Source: an uncultured delta proteobacterium
GTDB lineage: Bacteria; Desulfobacterota; Binatia; HRBIN30; BPIQ01
Length of the DNA stretch: 64,000 bases
Direction: 5' to 3'
Assembly (NCBI GenBank): GCA_963761335.1
Contig: CAVXGR010000004.1
Coordinates: 1-64,000 of the forward strand
The notes below the pieces were generated by a model that was not told where the DNA came from, made no database searches, and saw only the letters and a list, made by a program, of their open reading frames with translations. Shown in pieces: positions 36,656-45,651 of the stretch (its first letter is position 1; each line of letters opens with the position of its first letter). The position numbers and the translations under genes are program-made.

Positions 36656-36856
36656 GGTTGTTAGGTTGTTGGGTTGTTAGGTTGTTGAGTTGTTAGGTTG
36701 TTAGGTGAGGAGCCAAGAGGCGGTTGTTAGGTTGTTGAGTTGTTAGGTTGTTAGGTGAGGAGCCAAGAGGCGGTTGTTAGGTTGTTGAGTTGTTAGGTTG
36801 TTAGGTGAGGAGCCAACAACCAACAACCAACAACCAACAACTAACAACTAACAACC
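36656..36856. repeat. heptamer GTTGTTA tract with a 50-bp higher-order period and an inverted AACAAC tract
   Basis: TTAGGTGAGGAGCCAA recurs at 36701, 36751 and 36801; lies between convergent luxE-like and purC. Confidence 0.85.
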
Positions 36857-37729
36857 TGCCTTCAATCGTCGCAGCGCCTCCTCGTACTTCTCCGCCGTCT
36901 TGCGGACGATGTCACCGGGCAACTCCGGCGCCGGCGGCTGGTGGTTCCAGCCGATGGAGTTCAGGTAGTCGCGGACGAACTGCTTGTCGAAGCTCGGCTG
37001 CGAGCGCCCGGGCTCGTAGGTGTCCATGGCCCAGAAGCGCGACGAGTCGGGGGTGAAGATCTCGTCGATGACGAGGAGCTCGCCGTCGCACATGCCGAAC
37101 TCGAACTTGGTGTCGGCGATGATGATGCCGCGCTCTTCGGCGCGTGCCGCCGCAAAGCGGTAGAGCGCCAGGCTGGCGTCGCGCACGGCGGCGGCGTGCT
37201 CGGCGCCGATGATGTCGCAGGCCTGGGCAAAGGAGATGTTCTGGTCGTGCTCGCCCATCGGTGCCTTGGTCGACGGCGTGAACAGGGCCTCGGGGAGCCG
37301 ATCCGATTCGCGCAAGCTCGGCGGCAGCTCGATGCCGCAGACCTTGCCGGTCTTGCGGTAGTCGTTCCAGCCCGAGCCGGCGAGATAGCCGCGCACGATC
37401 GCCTCCACCTTGAGCGGCTGCGCCTTGCGCGCCACCACGGCGCGGCCCTCGAGCGGCTGCCGGGCGGCGGCGTCGCGAACGAACTCGGCGAGCGGTCGCT
37501 CGAGCAGATGGTTGGGAATGATCTGCTTCGTCTGCGCGAACCAGAAGTTCGACAGCTGCGTGAGAATCCACCCCTTGCGCGGAATCGGCGTGGGCAGAAC
37601 CACGTCGAAGGCCGAGAGTCGATCGGTGGCGACGATGAGCACGGCCGAGCCGAGGTCATAGACGTCGCGTACCTTGCCGCGGTGGAGCAGGGGGATCTCC
37701 GGAATTTTCGACTGGAAGAGGATGTCCAT
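36848..37729 (-). CDS. purC: phosphoribosylaminoimidazole-succinocarboxamide synthase
   Basis: GKVRDVY, ATDRLSAFD, FTPSTKA, IADTKFEFG, DEIFTPDSSRFW, FDKQFVRD. Confidence 0.97.
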   Translation of the reverse strand: MDILFQSKIPEIPLLHRGKVRDVYDLGSAVLIVATDRLSAFDVVLPTPIPRKGWILTQLSNFWFAQTKQIIPNHLLERPLAEFVRDAAARQPLEGRAVVARKAQPLKVEAIVRGYLAGSGWNDYRKTGKVCGIELPPSLRESDRLPEALFTPSTKAPMGEHDQNISFAQACDIIGAEHAAAVRDASLALYRFAAARAEERGIIIADTKFEFGMCDGELLVIDEIFTPDSSRFWAMDTYEPGRSQPSFDKQFVRDYLNSIGWNHQPPAPELPGDIVRKTAEKYEEALRRLKAGC

Positions 37730-37779
37730 GGGGGACCGCTATCGCACAGGAAGCCGCCCATTTGAAGAAGGCATTTCCC

Positions 37780-37930
37780 CGTGCCCGTGCCCCTGCCCTT
37801 GCCCGTGCCCGCGTGCCCCCCGGGGGTGTTGAGGTGTTGAGGTGTTGGCGGTTGGGGGCTCCGCACCGGCCCCCCGTATCACTTCCCGGTCTTCTTCAGC
37901 CAACACCCAACACCCAACACCTCAACACCC
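37780..37930. repeat. simple-repeat tracts (GTGCCC hexamers; GGTGTTGA / CAACACC inverted)
   Basis: Visible short-period runs in the purC-luxC divergent spacer. Confidence 0.65.
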
Positions 37931-37988
37931 GCGGGTGGGGGAAGGAGGGGGCTGCGCATTCGACGGTGCTTCCGGTATCCTGGCGCCC

Positions 37989-39239
37989 ATGAGAGATGCG
38001 ATCGCCGCCGAGGCGGTGCGCGCCGTGGCCGAGCGGCTGCGGCGGGCGCGATGCGGTCTGGCGCGGCGCCCCTTGGAGCAGATCCTCGGCACCCTCGATG
38101 CGGTGATCGCCTCGTGGCTCTCGCCCGGCTCGCCGTGGATGGAGAGGGCGGTGAGCGAGCTCTCCGAGAGCACCGGCTTCTCGCGTCCGATGCTGGCCTA
38201 CGCCCTGCCATTGCTGCTCGAGCCGTTGCGCGGCGAATCCATGGCCGCCCTTCTCGACGAGGAGATCGGCGATCGGCGGCGACTGGACACCGCCGACTGG
38301 GCCGGGCCTCGCCTGGTGGCGCACGTGCTCCCCGGGAACATTCCGGCGCTGGCTGCTTCGGCCATCTGCCTTTCGCTGGCGGCCAAGGCCGCGGCGTTGA
38401 TCAAGGCGCCGGCGGAGGACCGCGTCTTTCCCGTCGCCTTCGCCGAGTCGATCGCCGCCGCCGACCCGGAGCTCGGCGACGCGGCCGCGGTCGTCTACTG
38501 GCGCGGCGGCGACGCCGAGGTCGAGCGCGCCGCCTTCGCGATGGCCGACGTCGTCGAGGTGGCCGGAGGCGATGAGGCGGTGGCGGCGGTGCGCGCCCGG
38601 GCTCCGGGGCGCGTGCTCGGCCACGGCAGCAAGATCAGCTTTGCGCTGCTGGGCGCCGAGGTGGTGCGCGACGATGCGGCACTGGGCGCCGCGACGGAAG
38701 CGCTGGGCGAGGATGTGTCCCTCTGGGACCAGCGCGGCTGCCTCTCTCCTCAGGTGATCTTCGTCGAAGGGGGGCGCGATGCGGTGGACCGCGTTGCTGC
38801 CCGATTGGAGCCGGTGCTCGAGCGCTGGGCGCAGCGCTTGCCGCCGCGGCGCCTGGCCCTGGAGGAGAAGGCGTTGGTGCACCGCTTCCGAGAAAGCGTC
38901 GAGTGGCGCGGCGGCGCGCGGCTGCGCTGCGGGGCGCCGGGCTGGGCTCTGGTGCTCGAGGATGAGCCGGCGCTGCAGCCCACCTGCCTGCACCGCACCG
39001 TGCGCGTGCAGCCGCTGGCGGATCACGAGACGCTGGCACGCTGCCTGGCGGCGCGACGGCCGCACCTCGAGGCGGCGGGCTTGGCGGTGGCGCCGGCGAG
39101 AGGCGCGTCGCTCGGCGCGGCGCTGCGCGCCGCCGGAGTACACCGCGTCTGCGCCGTCGGGGAGATGCAGCGGCCCGATCTGCGCTGGAAGCCGAGCGGC
39201 CTGCCGCGGGTCGCGAGCTGGCTCCCCGAGCGACACTGA
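37989..39239 (+). CDS. LuxC-like acyl-CoA reductase
   Basis: HVLPGNIP, LIKAP, YWRGG, GGDEAV, GHGSKISF, WDQRGCLSPQ (catalytic Cys), VGEMQRP. Confidence 0.87.
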   Translation: MRDAIAAEAVRAVAERLRRARCGLARRPLEQILGTLDAVIASWLSPGSPWMERAVSELSESTGFSRPMLAYALPLLLEPLRGESMAALLDEEIGDRRRLDTADWAGPRLVAHVLPGNIPALAASAICLSLAAKAAALIKAPAEDRVFPVAFAESIAAADPELGDAAAVVYWRGGDAEVERAAFAMADVVEVAGGDEAVAAVRARAPGRVLGHGSKISFALLGAEVVRDDAALGAATEALGEDVSLWDQRGCLSPQVIFVEGGRDAVDRVAARLEPVLERWAQRLPPRRLALEEKALVHRFRESVEWRGGARLRCGAPGWALVLEDEPALQPTCLHRTVRVQPLADHETLARCLAARRPHLEAAGLAVAPARGASLGAALRAAGVHRVCAVGEMQRPDLRWKPSGLPRVASWLPERH

Positions 39240-39240
39240 G

Positions 39241-40425
39241 ATGGACTGCCGGGAAGAGTTCCTGCGCTACGTCTGCCAGACGAGCTCGTCGCCCATGGGC
39301 CTGGTGGTGCAGCGCGCCGCCGGCAGCACCATCTGGGACGAGTCCGGGCGCGCTTATCTCGACTTTCTCGCCGGCATCGGCGTGGCCAACGTCGGCCATA
39401 CCAACGCCGATGTCGTCGCTGCGGTGCAGCGGCAGGCGGAGAGCTACCTGCACGTGATGGTGTACGGCGAGATGGCGCTGCGCCCGCAGGCGGATCTGGC
39501 GCATCGTCTCGCCGAGATCACTCCGGGTGATCTGTCGGTCACCTACTTCACCAACAGCGGCACGGAGGCGGTGGAGGGTGCCTTGAAGACGGCGCGGAAG
39601 TACACCGGCCGGCCGCGCTTCGTGGCCTTCGAAGGCAGCTTCCACGGCGATACGCTCGGGTCGCTGTCGATCGGCGGCAACCCGCGCTACCGCGCACCCT
39701 TCGAGCCGCTTCTCGCCGGGGTCGAGCTGCTGCCTTTCGGAGACGTCGCTTCCCTGTCGCGCATCGACGGCACGGTTGCCGCCGTCATCGTCGAGCTCAT
39801 CCAGGGCGAGGCCGGAGTGCGGGTGCCGACGGCGGAGTTCGTCGCCGCACTGCGGCGCCGCTGCGACGAGGAAGGCGCTCTCCTCGTCGTCGACGAGGTG
39901 ATCACCGGATTTGGCCGCACCGGCCGCCTCTTCGCCTGTGAGCACTGGAACCTGGTGCCGGATCTGCTGGTGCTCGCCAAGGCGCTCGGCGGCGGCCTAC
40001 CGCTCGGCGCCTTCGTGGGCAAGACGGAGGTGATGGCCACGCTCTCGGCGGATCCGCCGCTGGCGCACGTGACCACTTTCGGCGGCCATCCGCTCTCCTG
40101 CGCCGCCGGCCTGGCGGCGCTGGATTATCTCGAGCGCCACGACCTCGTGCGACGGTCGGCGGCGCTCGGAGAGACGTTGCAGGCGAGCCTGCGGGAGCTC
40201 TGTGGCGGCGCTCTGCGGCGGGTGCGCGGCCGTGGCAGCCTGATCGCCCTCGACTTCGCGGACGCCGAGGCGACGCAGCGCTTCGTGCGGCGCTGTTTCG
40301 AGCGCGGTCTGATTCTCGGCTGGACCCTGCACCGCGACACGGTGGTGCGCCTGGCGCCGCCGCTGGTGCTGAGCAACGAGGAGATGGATCGAGGCGTGTC
40401 GATCATTTGCGAGGCGCTGGAGTAG
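39241..40425 (+). CDS. class III PLP aminotransferase (ArgD-like)
   Basis: YLDFLAGIGV, NSGTEAVE, FHGDT, DEVITGFGRTG, AKALGGGLP, TTFGGHP. Confidence 0.93.
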   Translation: MDCREEFLRYVCQTSSSPMGLVVQRAAGSTIWDESGRAYLDFLAGIGVANVGHTNADVVAAVQRQAESYLHVMVYGEMALRPQADLAHRLAEITPGDLSVTYFTNSGTEAVEGALKTARKYTGRPRFVAFEGSFHGDTLGSLSIGGNPRYRAPFEPLLAGVELLPFGDVASLSRIDGTVAAVIVELIQGEAGVRVPTAEFVAALRRRCDEEGALLVVDEVITGFGRTGRLFACEHWNLVPDLLVLAKALGGGLPLGAFVGKTEVMATLSADPPLAHVTTFGGHPLSCAAGLAALDYLERHDLVRRSAALGETLQASLRELCGGALRRVRGRGSLIALDFADAEATQRFVRRCFERGLILGWTLHRDTVVRLAPPLVLSNEEMDRGVSIICEALE

Positions 40426-40528
40426 GAAGAAGGAGACTAGCTCCTGTTCGGCGCAAGCGAGGTGTACTTGCGATGTGCCTTTGACCGCCGAAAACGTGCG
40501 CGTCCCCGGTCACTGCAGCCGCTGGTCT

Positions 40529-41850
40529 GGGGACAGGCAACTTTTGCGCGCGTGTTTGCAACGTGGAACTGAACTCGAGCGGCAAAAGGAGCCTGCTTCG
40601 AAAATCTGTTGGGTGAAGGTCTGGCGGAGCGCACCGGGGCTTGGTGTGGAGCTCATCGCCCCGGAGGGTCTGTCGGAGCCCCGGCGCTGGCGTGGAGGCT
40701 TATCGCCCCGCAGGGGCGCAGGCATGTAGCCCCGGGTGTCAACCCGGGGACCGCGTTCCGATTGGCCCAGATCAGCGCCCCGCAGGGGCGCAGGCGTAGA
40801 GGCCGCGTGAATCACGTCGATGAGCTTCCCACGCACCCAGCGGTGATCATCGGCGTACAGGCGCGACATCGACGGAGGTTTGCCCGCGCCCCTGGCGGGG
40901 CGCCTATGGCGGAGCGCGCACTTTTCCCCGGGTTTCACCCGGGGCTACACGCCGCCGCCCCTCCGGGGCGAACTTCGCCGAGGCCAGAACCGCCAAATCT
41001 CTTCCCGGGTCAGAACCCTGGCCTCATTTTCATCGTCTGCTGGCGAGCCACAAAGCTCATGACGCACTGCTTCGAAAATCTGTTGGGTGTGCGCTTCGGG
41101 GGCGCGTTCCCTCTCCCGCATTACTTGGCGGGAGAGGGTCAGGGTGAGGGTGCCGATCTCTGTGAAGGCCGTGGAGATTCACGAGCTTTCAGTGAGACAG
41201 GAACCCCTCACCTTGATCCTCTCCCCGCGGAAAGATGCAGGGAGAGGAGACCCGCCCCCGCGGCGCGGAAGTATCATCCCACGCGTCTGATCGGTGAATC
41301 AGGACGCCGCCCATTTTCATCGTCTACTGGCGAGCCGTAAGGCTCATGACGCACTGCTTCGAAAATCTGTTGGGTGAGGGTCTGTCGGAGCCTCTGCACT
41401 TGGTGTGGGGCTCATCGCCCCAGAGGGTCTGTCGGAGCCCCGGCGCTTGGCGTGGAGGCTTATCGCCCCGCAGGGGCGCAGGCATGTAGCCCCGGAGGTG
41501 TTAACCCGGGGCCCGCGTTCCGATTGGCCCAGATCAGCGCCCCGCAGGGGCGCAGGCGTAGAGGCCGCGTGAATCACGTCGATGAGCGTCCCACGCACCC
41601 GGCGGTGATCATCGGCGCACAGGCGTGACATCGACGAAAACTTGCCCGCGCCCCTGGCGGGGCGCCCCTGGCGGGGCGCGCCTGACGGAGCGCGCATTCT
41701 TCCCCGGGTTGCACCCGGGGCTACACGCCACCGCCCCTCCGGGGCGAACTTCAGCCGGGCGAGGACCTCCAAGTCTCTTGCCGGCGCCGATCCCCAGCCT
41801 CATTTTCATCGTCTATTGGTGAGCCGTAAGGCTCATGACGCACTGTCCCC
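40529..41850 (+). mobile_element. 72-bp IR host element interrupted by three tandem non-autonomous units (40596-41069, 41070-41356, 41357-41845)
   Basis: Each unit starts CTTCGAAAATCTGTTGGGTG and ends CATTTTCATCGTCT…GAGCC…GCTCATGACGCACTG; the host's right IR is split as GCAAAAGGAGCCTG / TCCCC. Confidence 0.85.
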
Positions 41851-41894
41851 GTGACTTGCGCCGTTGCGCCGTTGGCGTCACACTTGCCGCGGCC

Positions 41895-43247
41895 ATGGTG
41901 GAGGGCGTCAAACCGAGGAAGCCGGCGAAGGCAGCGCCTGTGGATCTCACGCGCGGCCGAGCCCGCCGCGTCATCAAGGTCGGCACCCTCACCACCTCCA
42001 TCGGCAGCAGCTATATCTGGCAGGCCCTGAAGAGCCCCTTTCAGTCGAAGGACCGCCACAGCAAGGAGCTGCTGGATACCCACATCCGCAACGCCATGCG
42101 CATCGTCGAGCGATCCAAGGAGCTCAAGGGCGCCTTCATGAAGCTCGTGCAGATTCTCTCGATGCGCGACGACATTCTTCCGCCCGAGGCGCTCGAGGTC
42201 CTGTCGGTGGTGCAGTCGAACGTGCCGCCGATGCCGTATTCCGCCATCCGCAAGCAGGTGGAGCGCGAGCTCGGCGCGCCGCCGGAGAAGCTGTTCGCGT
42301 CCTTCGACACGGAGGCCTTCGCCGCCGCCTCGCTCGGCCAGGTGCACAAGGCGCACTTGAAGAGCGGCGAGGAGGTGGTCGTCAAGGTCCAGTATCCAGG
42401 CGTCGAGGAGACGGTGCAGCAGGACCTCAAGAACGTGAAGGCGCTGCTGCACACCTTCACGCTGCTCGGCCGCGACGTCATGCGCCAGCGCATCGATCAG
42501 ACCGAGGTCTACCAGGAGCTCGAGGAGCGCCTGCACGAGGAGCTCGATTACGTCAACGAAGCGAAGAACATTGCCCTCTTTCAGGGGATGTTTCGCGACG
42601 ACGACGAGGTGATGATTCCCAAAGTATACCCGGAGGTGTCGTCCCGCCGCGTCCTCACCATGAGTCTGCTCGAGGGCTACCGCTTCGCGGAGATCCTCGG
42701 GCCGGGAGTGGAGCAGTCACTCAAGGACTGGGTGGCGATCAAGTACTTTCGGGTGCTCTGGCGGCAGGTGTTCGAGTTTGGTGTGCTGCACACCGATCCG
42801 CATCCCGGCAACTATCTGGTGACCTATCACCCGAAGCTGGCGATCCTCGACTTCGGCTCGATCCGCATCTTTCCCGACGCCATCCGCAAGGCGTATCACG
42901 GCTTGGCGAAGGCGATCCTGGCGCGGAACGAGGCGGCGATGGCCGACTGCTTCGTGCGCCTCGGCTTCATGGAGAACGGAGACGACCCGAAGCCGTTGAT
43001 CCGCATCATGGAGATCATCTTCGAGCCGGTGCTCACCGATCGGGTCTACGACCCGCGCGACTTCAAGACCTTCGAGAAGGCGATGGAGGTCGCCACCATC
43101 GGCGTCGAGAACCGCATCTTCAAGGCCCCCGGCCATCGCGTCTTCCTCGCCCGCGCCCTGATCGGCCTCGACGCCTACGTGAAGCAGTTCGGCACCGTGA
43201 CCAACTGGCACCGCATTTTCAAGGAGTGTGTCGGGGGGGCAGGTTAG
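41895..43247 (+). CDS. ABC1/AarF/UbiB family kinase
   Basis: MKLVQ, AAASLGQVHKA, VKVQYPG, EELDY..EA, HTDPHPGNY, LDFG. Confidence 0.93.
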   Translation: MVEGVKPRKPAKAAPVDLTRGRARRVIKVGTLTTSIGSSYIWQALKSPFQSKDRHSKELLDTHIRNAMRIVERSKELKGAFMKLVQILSMRDDILPPEALEVLSVVQSNVPPMPYSAIRKQVERELGAPPEKLFASFDTEAFAAASLGQVHKAHLKSGEEVVVKVQYPGVEETVQQDLKNVKALLHTFTLLGRDVMRQRIDQTEVYQELEERLHEELDYVNEAKNIALFQGMFRDDDEVMIPKVYPEVSSRRVLTMSLLEGYRFAEILGPGVEQSLKDWVAIKYFRVLWRQVFEFGVLHTDPHPGNYLVTYHPKLAILDFGSIRIFPDAIRKAYHGLAKAILARNEAAMADCFVRLGFMENGDDPKPLIRIMEIIFEPVLTDRVYDPRDFKTFEKAMEVATIGVENRIFKAPGHRVFLARALIGLDAYVKQFGTVTNWHRIFKECVGGAG

Positions 43248-43350
43248 GTTGTTGAGTTGTTAGGTTGTTAGGTGTTCAAGTTGGATTCCATGCCTCGTTC
43301 TTCCCAACAACCCAACAACCAACAACCCAACAACCAACAACTTAACAACT
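43246..43350. repeat. inverted heptamer tracts between convergent genes
   Basis: GGTTGTT(A/G) run followed by CAACAAC run. Confidence 0.8.
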
Positions 43351-45178
43351 ATCTCCCGTAGCATTCGGCGACGGCCAGCTCCTTCCCCGCCTTCACCTTG
43401 CGGTACTTCTCGAGGAAGGATTCGTCGATCAGGCGCAGCATCCTGCGGGTTTTCGAGCGGCGGTAGCGCTGCAGCTGGCCGGGGCCACCGTTGTAGGCGG
43501 CGTAGGTGGCGCGGGCGAGATTGTCGAGGTTGCCGGTCTTGCTGTGCTCGCCGCGGGCGATGGCGTAGTCCTTGAAATAGTGCATGAGGATCTCGCTGCC
43601 GGCGCGGGCGTTGTAGGTGATGTCCTGCTGCAGCGATTTGACGTCGTAGAAGCCGCGCCACACCCGCTGGTTGACCTGCATCAGCCCGACCGAGCCGACG
43701 GCCGACTTGATCGGCTGGATCCGGTTGCCGACCTTGATGAACTGCCTCCAGCAGCTCTCCTGCCAGGCGGTAGCGAGCACCAGCCAGCGATAGATGGGCT
43801 CGAACTTGTCGTCGAGCTCGGCGCCGTTCATGGTCTTGGCAGCGGTCTGCAGCAGCAGGCTGCGGACGAGGGGGAGATAGGTGTCGATCTCGTCCAGTGA
43901 CGGCACCCAGTGGTTCAGGCGCGCGAACTCGTTCGGCGCCTCCTTCGCGGCCCAAGCGATGCCAGGGCTCCACCAGTGGCTCAGGTCGACGTCGGGGTTG
44001 TCTTCCGAGACCGGCAGCGGCGGTCCGAAGCCGAAGATACGGCGCAGCTCCGGATCGACGGCGTAGTCGAAGGCCAGCGGGTCGGCCGTCTCCGCGGGGG
44101 CGATGATGCGGGCGAGCCGCCGTAGGCCGTCGGCGGAGATCTCGACGCCGATCTCGGGCCCGAGCTGGTCGAGCGCCTCCAGCGCGTCTCCCGCGGCCAC
44201 CAAGCTGAGGTACTGCAATGCCTGCTCGCCGGGCAGGCCGGTCGACAGTTGGCGCAACACCGGCGCCAGGCGCTCCCAGGTCTTGAGGAACAGCGGCGGC
44301 ATCGGGTCCGGCCCCCCGGGGGCCGATGGCGCCAGCGCCTCGAGGAGGTCGTAACGCCCTTCGACGAGGACGTCGAAGAGCTGCTGCCGCAGGGCTTCGA
44401 GGCCAGTGTCGCCGCCGGCATGCTTGATGACGAAGGTGAGGAAGGCGTCCCACTGGCGCAGCGCCGTGTCCCAGCGTTCCAGCTCCTCTGCCGTGAGTGT
44501 CGGCTCGGGGGCGGGAGAGACGGCGGCGGCCGGAGTCGCTGCTTCGGCGATCTCGAACTGCATGGTCGCCGCGACGCCATCGTCGGTGACCTCGACGCTG
44601 GAGAGGCGCAGGGTGTCGGTGAGCTGCTGAATGCGGGCGACGTCCGCGGAGGAGATCACGGCTCCCAGCATGCCGCGCAGATCGGCCGCCGCCTGGTGCA
44701 GGTCGAAGCGAACCGTCTCCAGGCGCGGGTGGACATAGCGCTTCACCCAGTCCCACAGCGTTCCGGTGGCGAAGCCTTTCTTCCAGTCGCGGCCGTAGAT
44801 GTTGGAGTCGACGACACGGAAGCTGACCACCGCCGCCTGCGGGTCGAGAACCGGCTCCTCGAAGACCTCCACGTATCCCTTCCAGCTCACCGGGCTGATG
44901 CACGTCGAGCCCAGCGCCGTGCCGATGCGGGCTTCGCCGGCGCTGACGATTCGGATGCGGCCGGCGCCGCTGTTGACCTGTGGATCGGAGAGGACGAAGT
45001 AGTTGCAGCCACTGCCGTCATCCCACAGCACCGCCGTCTGGTTCGGATCCGTGTAGACCTGGGAGAGCAGGGCACGGCGAATGAAGGCGTTGTCGAGCCG
45101 CATCGGCACCGACACCTCGCGCGCCGTGGCAGTGGTGGCGAAAGCCAGCAGCAGGAGGGCGACGGCGGCTCGGGTCAC
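43349..45178 (-). CDS. secreted protein with C-terminal lytic transglycosylase (SLT) domain
   Basis: Signal peptide; AWQESCW, GLMQVN and AAYNGG SLT motifs; large uncharacterised N-terminal region. Confidence 0.85.
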   Translation of the reverse strand: MTRAAVALLLLAFATTATAREVSVPMRLDNAFIRRALLSQVYTDPNQTAVLWDDGSGCNYFVLSDPQVNSGAGRIRIVSAGEARIGTALGSTCISPVSWKGYVEVFEEPVLDPQAAVVSFRVVDSNIYGRDWKKGFATGTLWDWVKRYVHPRLETVRFDLHQAAADLRGMLGAVISSADVARIQQLTDTLRLSSVEVTDDGVAATMQFEIAEAATPAAAVSPAPEPTLTAEELERWDTALRQWDAFLTFVIKHAGGDTGLEALRQQLFDVLVEGRYDLLEALAPSAPGGPDPMPPLFLKTWERLAPVLRQLSTGLPGEQALQYLSLVAAGDALEALDQLGPEIGVEISADGLRRLARIIAPAETADPLAFDYAVDPELRRIFGFGPPLPVSEDNPDVDLSHWWSPGIAWAAKEAPNEFARLNHWVPSLDEIDTYLPLVRSLLLQTAAKTMNGAELDDKFEPIYRWLVLATAWQESCWRQFIKVGNRIQPIKSAVGSVGLMQVNQRVWRGFYDVKSLQQDITYNARAGSEILMHYFKDYAIARGEHSKTGNLDNLARATYAAYNGGPGQLQRYRRSKTRRMLRLIDESFLEKYRKVKAGKELAVAECYGR

Positions 45179-45651
45179 GTGGGGCGTCTCGCCAGATCGG
45201 TGCGGAACATCGACGTCTTCAACCTCCGCCGTCCGTACTCCGGGCAGCGCATGACCGGGATGTCGAAGCCGCTGCGACGGAGGATCTCCTCCCAGGCGGC
45301 GCTCTGGTCATGGCCGAGGACGATGAGGTCCGGGCGGGCACGGCGGATGGAGCGGGTGAAGTCGGCGGCCTGGCCGACGAAGGCTTCGTCCACCTGCCGC
45401 AGAGAGCCGACGAGCTTCTTGCGCTCCTCCTGCCTGTGCAGCGGCGATCGGCCCTTGATGCGCCGCACGCTCTCGTCGCGCGCAATCGTGACCGACAGAT
45501 GCACGCCCTTGCGGCCGAGCTTGCGCGCCAGCCGGGTGGCTTGCTTGCGCGCAAACTCGAACAGGAACAGGTGGCCGGCATGCAGGCCGTCGAAGGTGCC
45601 GCCGACGAAGACGCGCACCGGTCCGGAGGAGGCGTTCGACTCTTGGCTCAT
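45175..45651 (-). CDS. HIGH-motif cytidylyl/adenylyltransferase (RibL/FAD synthase-like)
   Basis: GGTFDGLHAGH, IARD, PDLIVLGHDQ. Confidence 0.82.
   Translation of the reverse strand: MSQESNASSGPVRVFVGGTFDGLHAGHLFLFEFARKQATRLARKLGRKGVHLSVTIARDESVRRIKGRSPLHRQEERKKLVGSLRQVDEAFVGQAADFTRSIRRARPDLIVLGHDQSAAWEEILRRSGFDIPVMRCPEYGRRRLKTSMFRTDLARRPT

Noticed and set aside
35591..39239. Bioluminescence (lux) operon
   Set aside because: No luxA/luxB luciferase or luxD in the window.
40596..41845. Possible CRISPR array or integron cassette array
   Set aside because: Units are 287-489 bp, contain palindromic repeats rather than ORFs or short spacers, and show no clear attC structure; no cas or intI in the window.
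40475..41854. ORFs inside the repeat units as transposases
   Set aside because: They are short Pro/Arg/Gly-rich translations of palindromes with no DDE, HUH or DEDD motifs.
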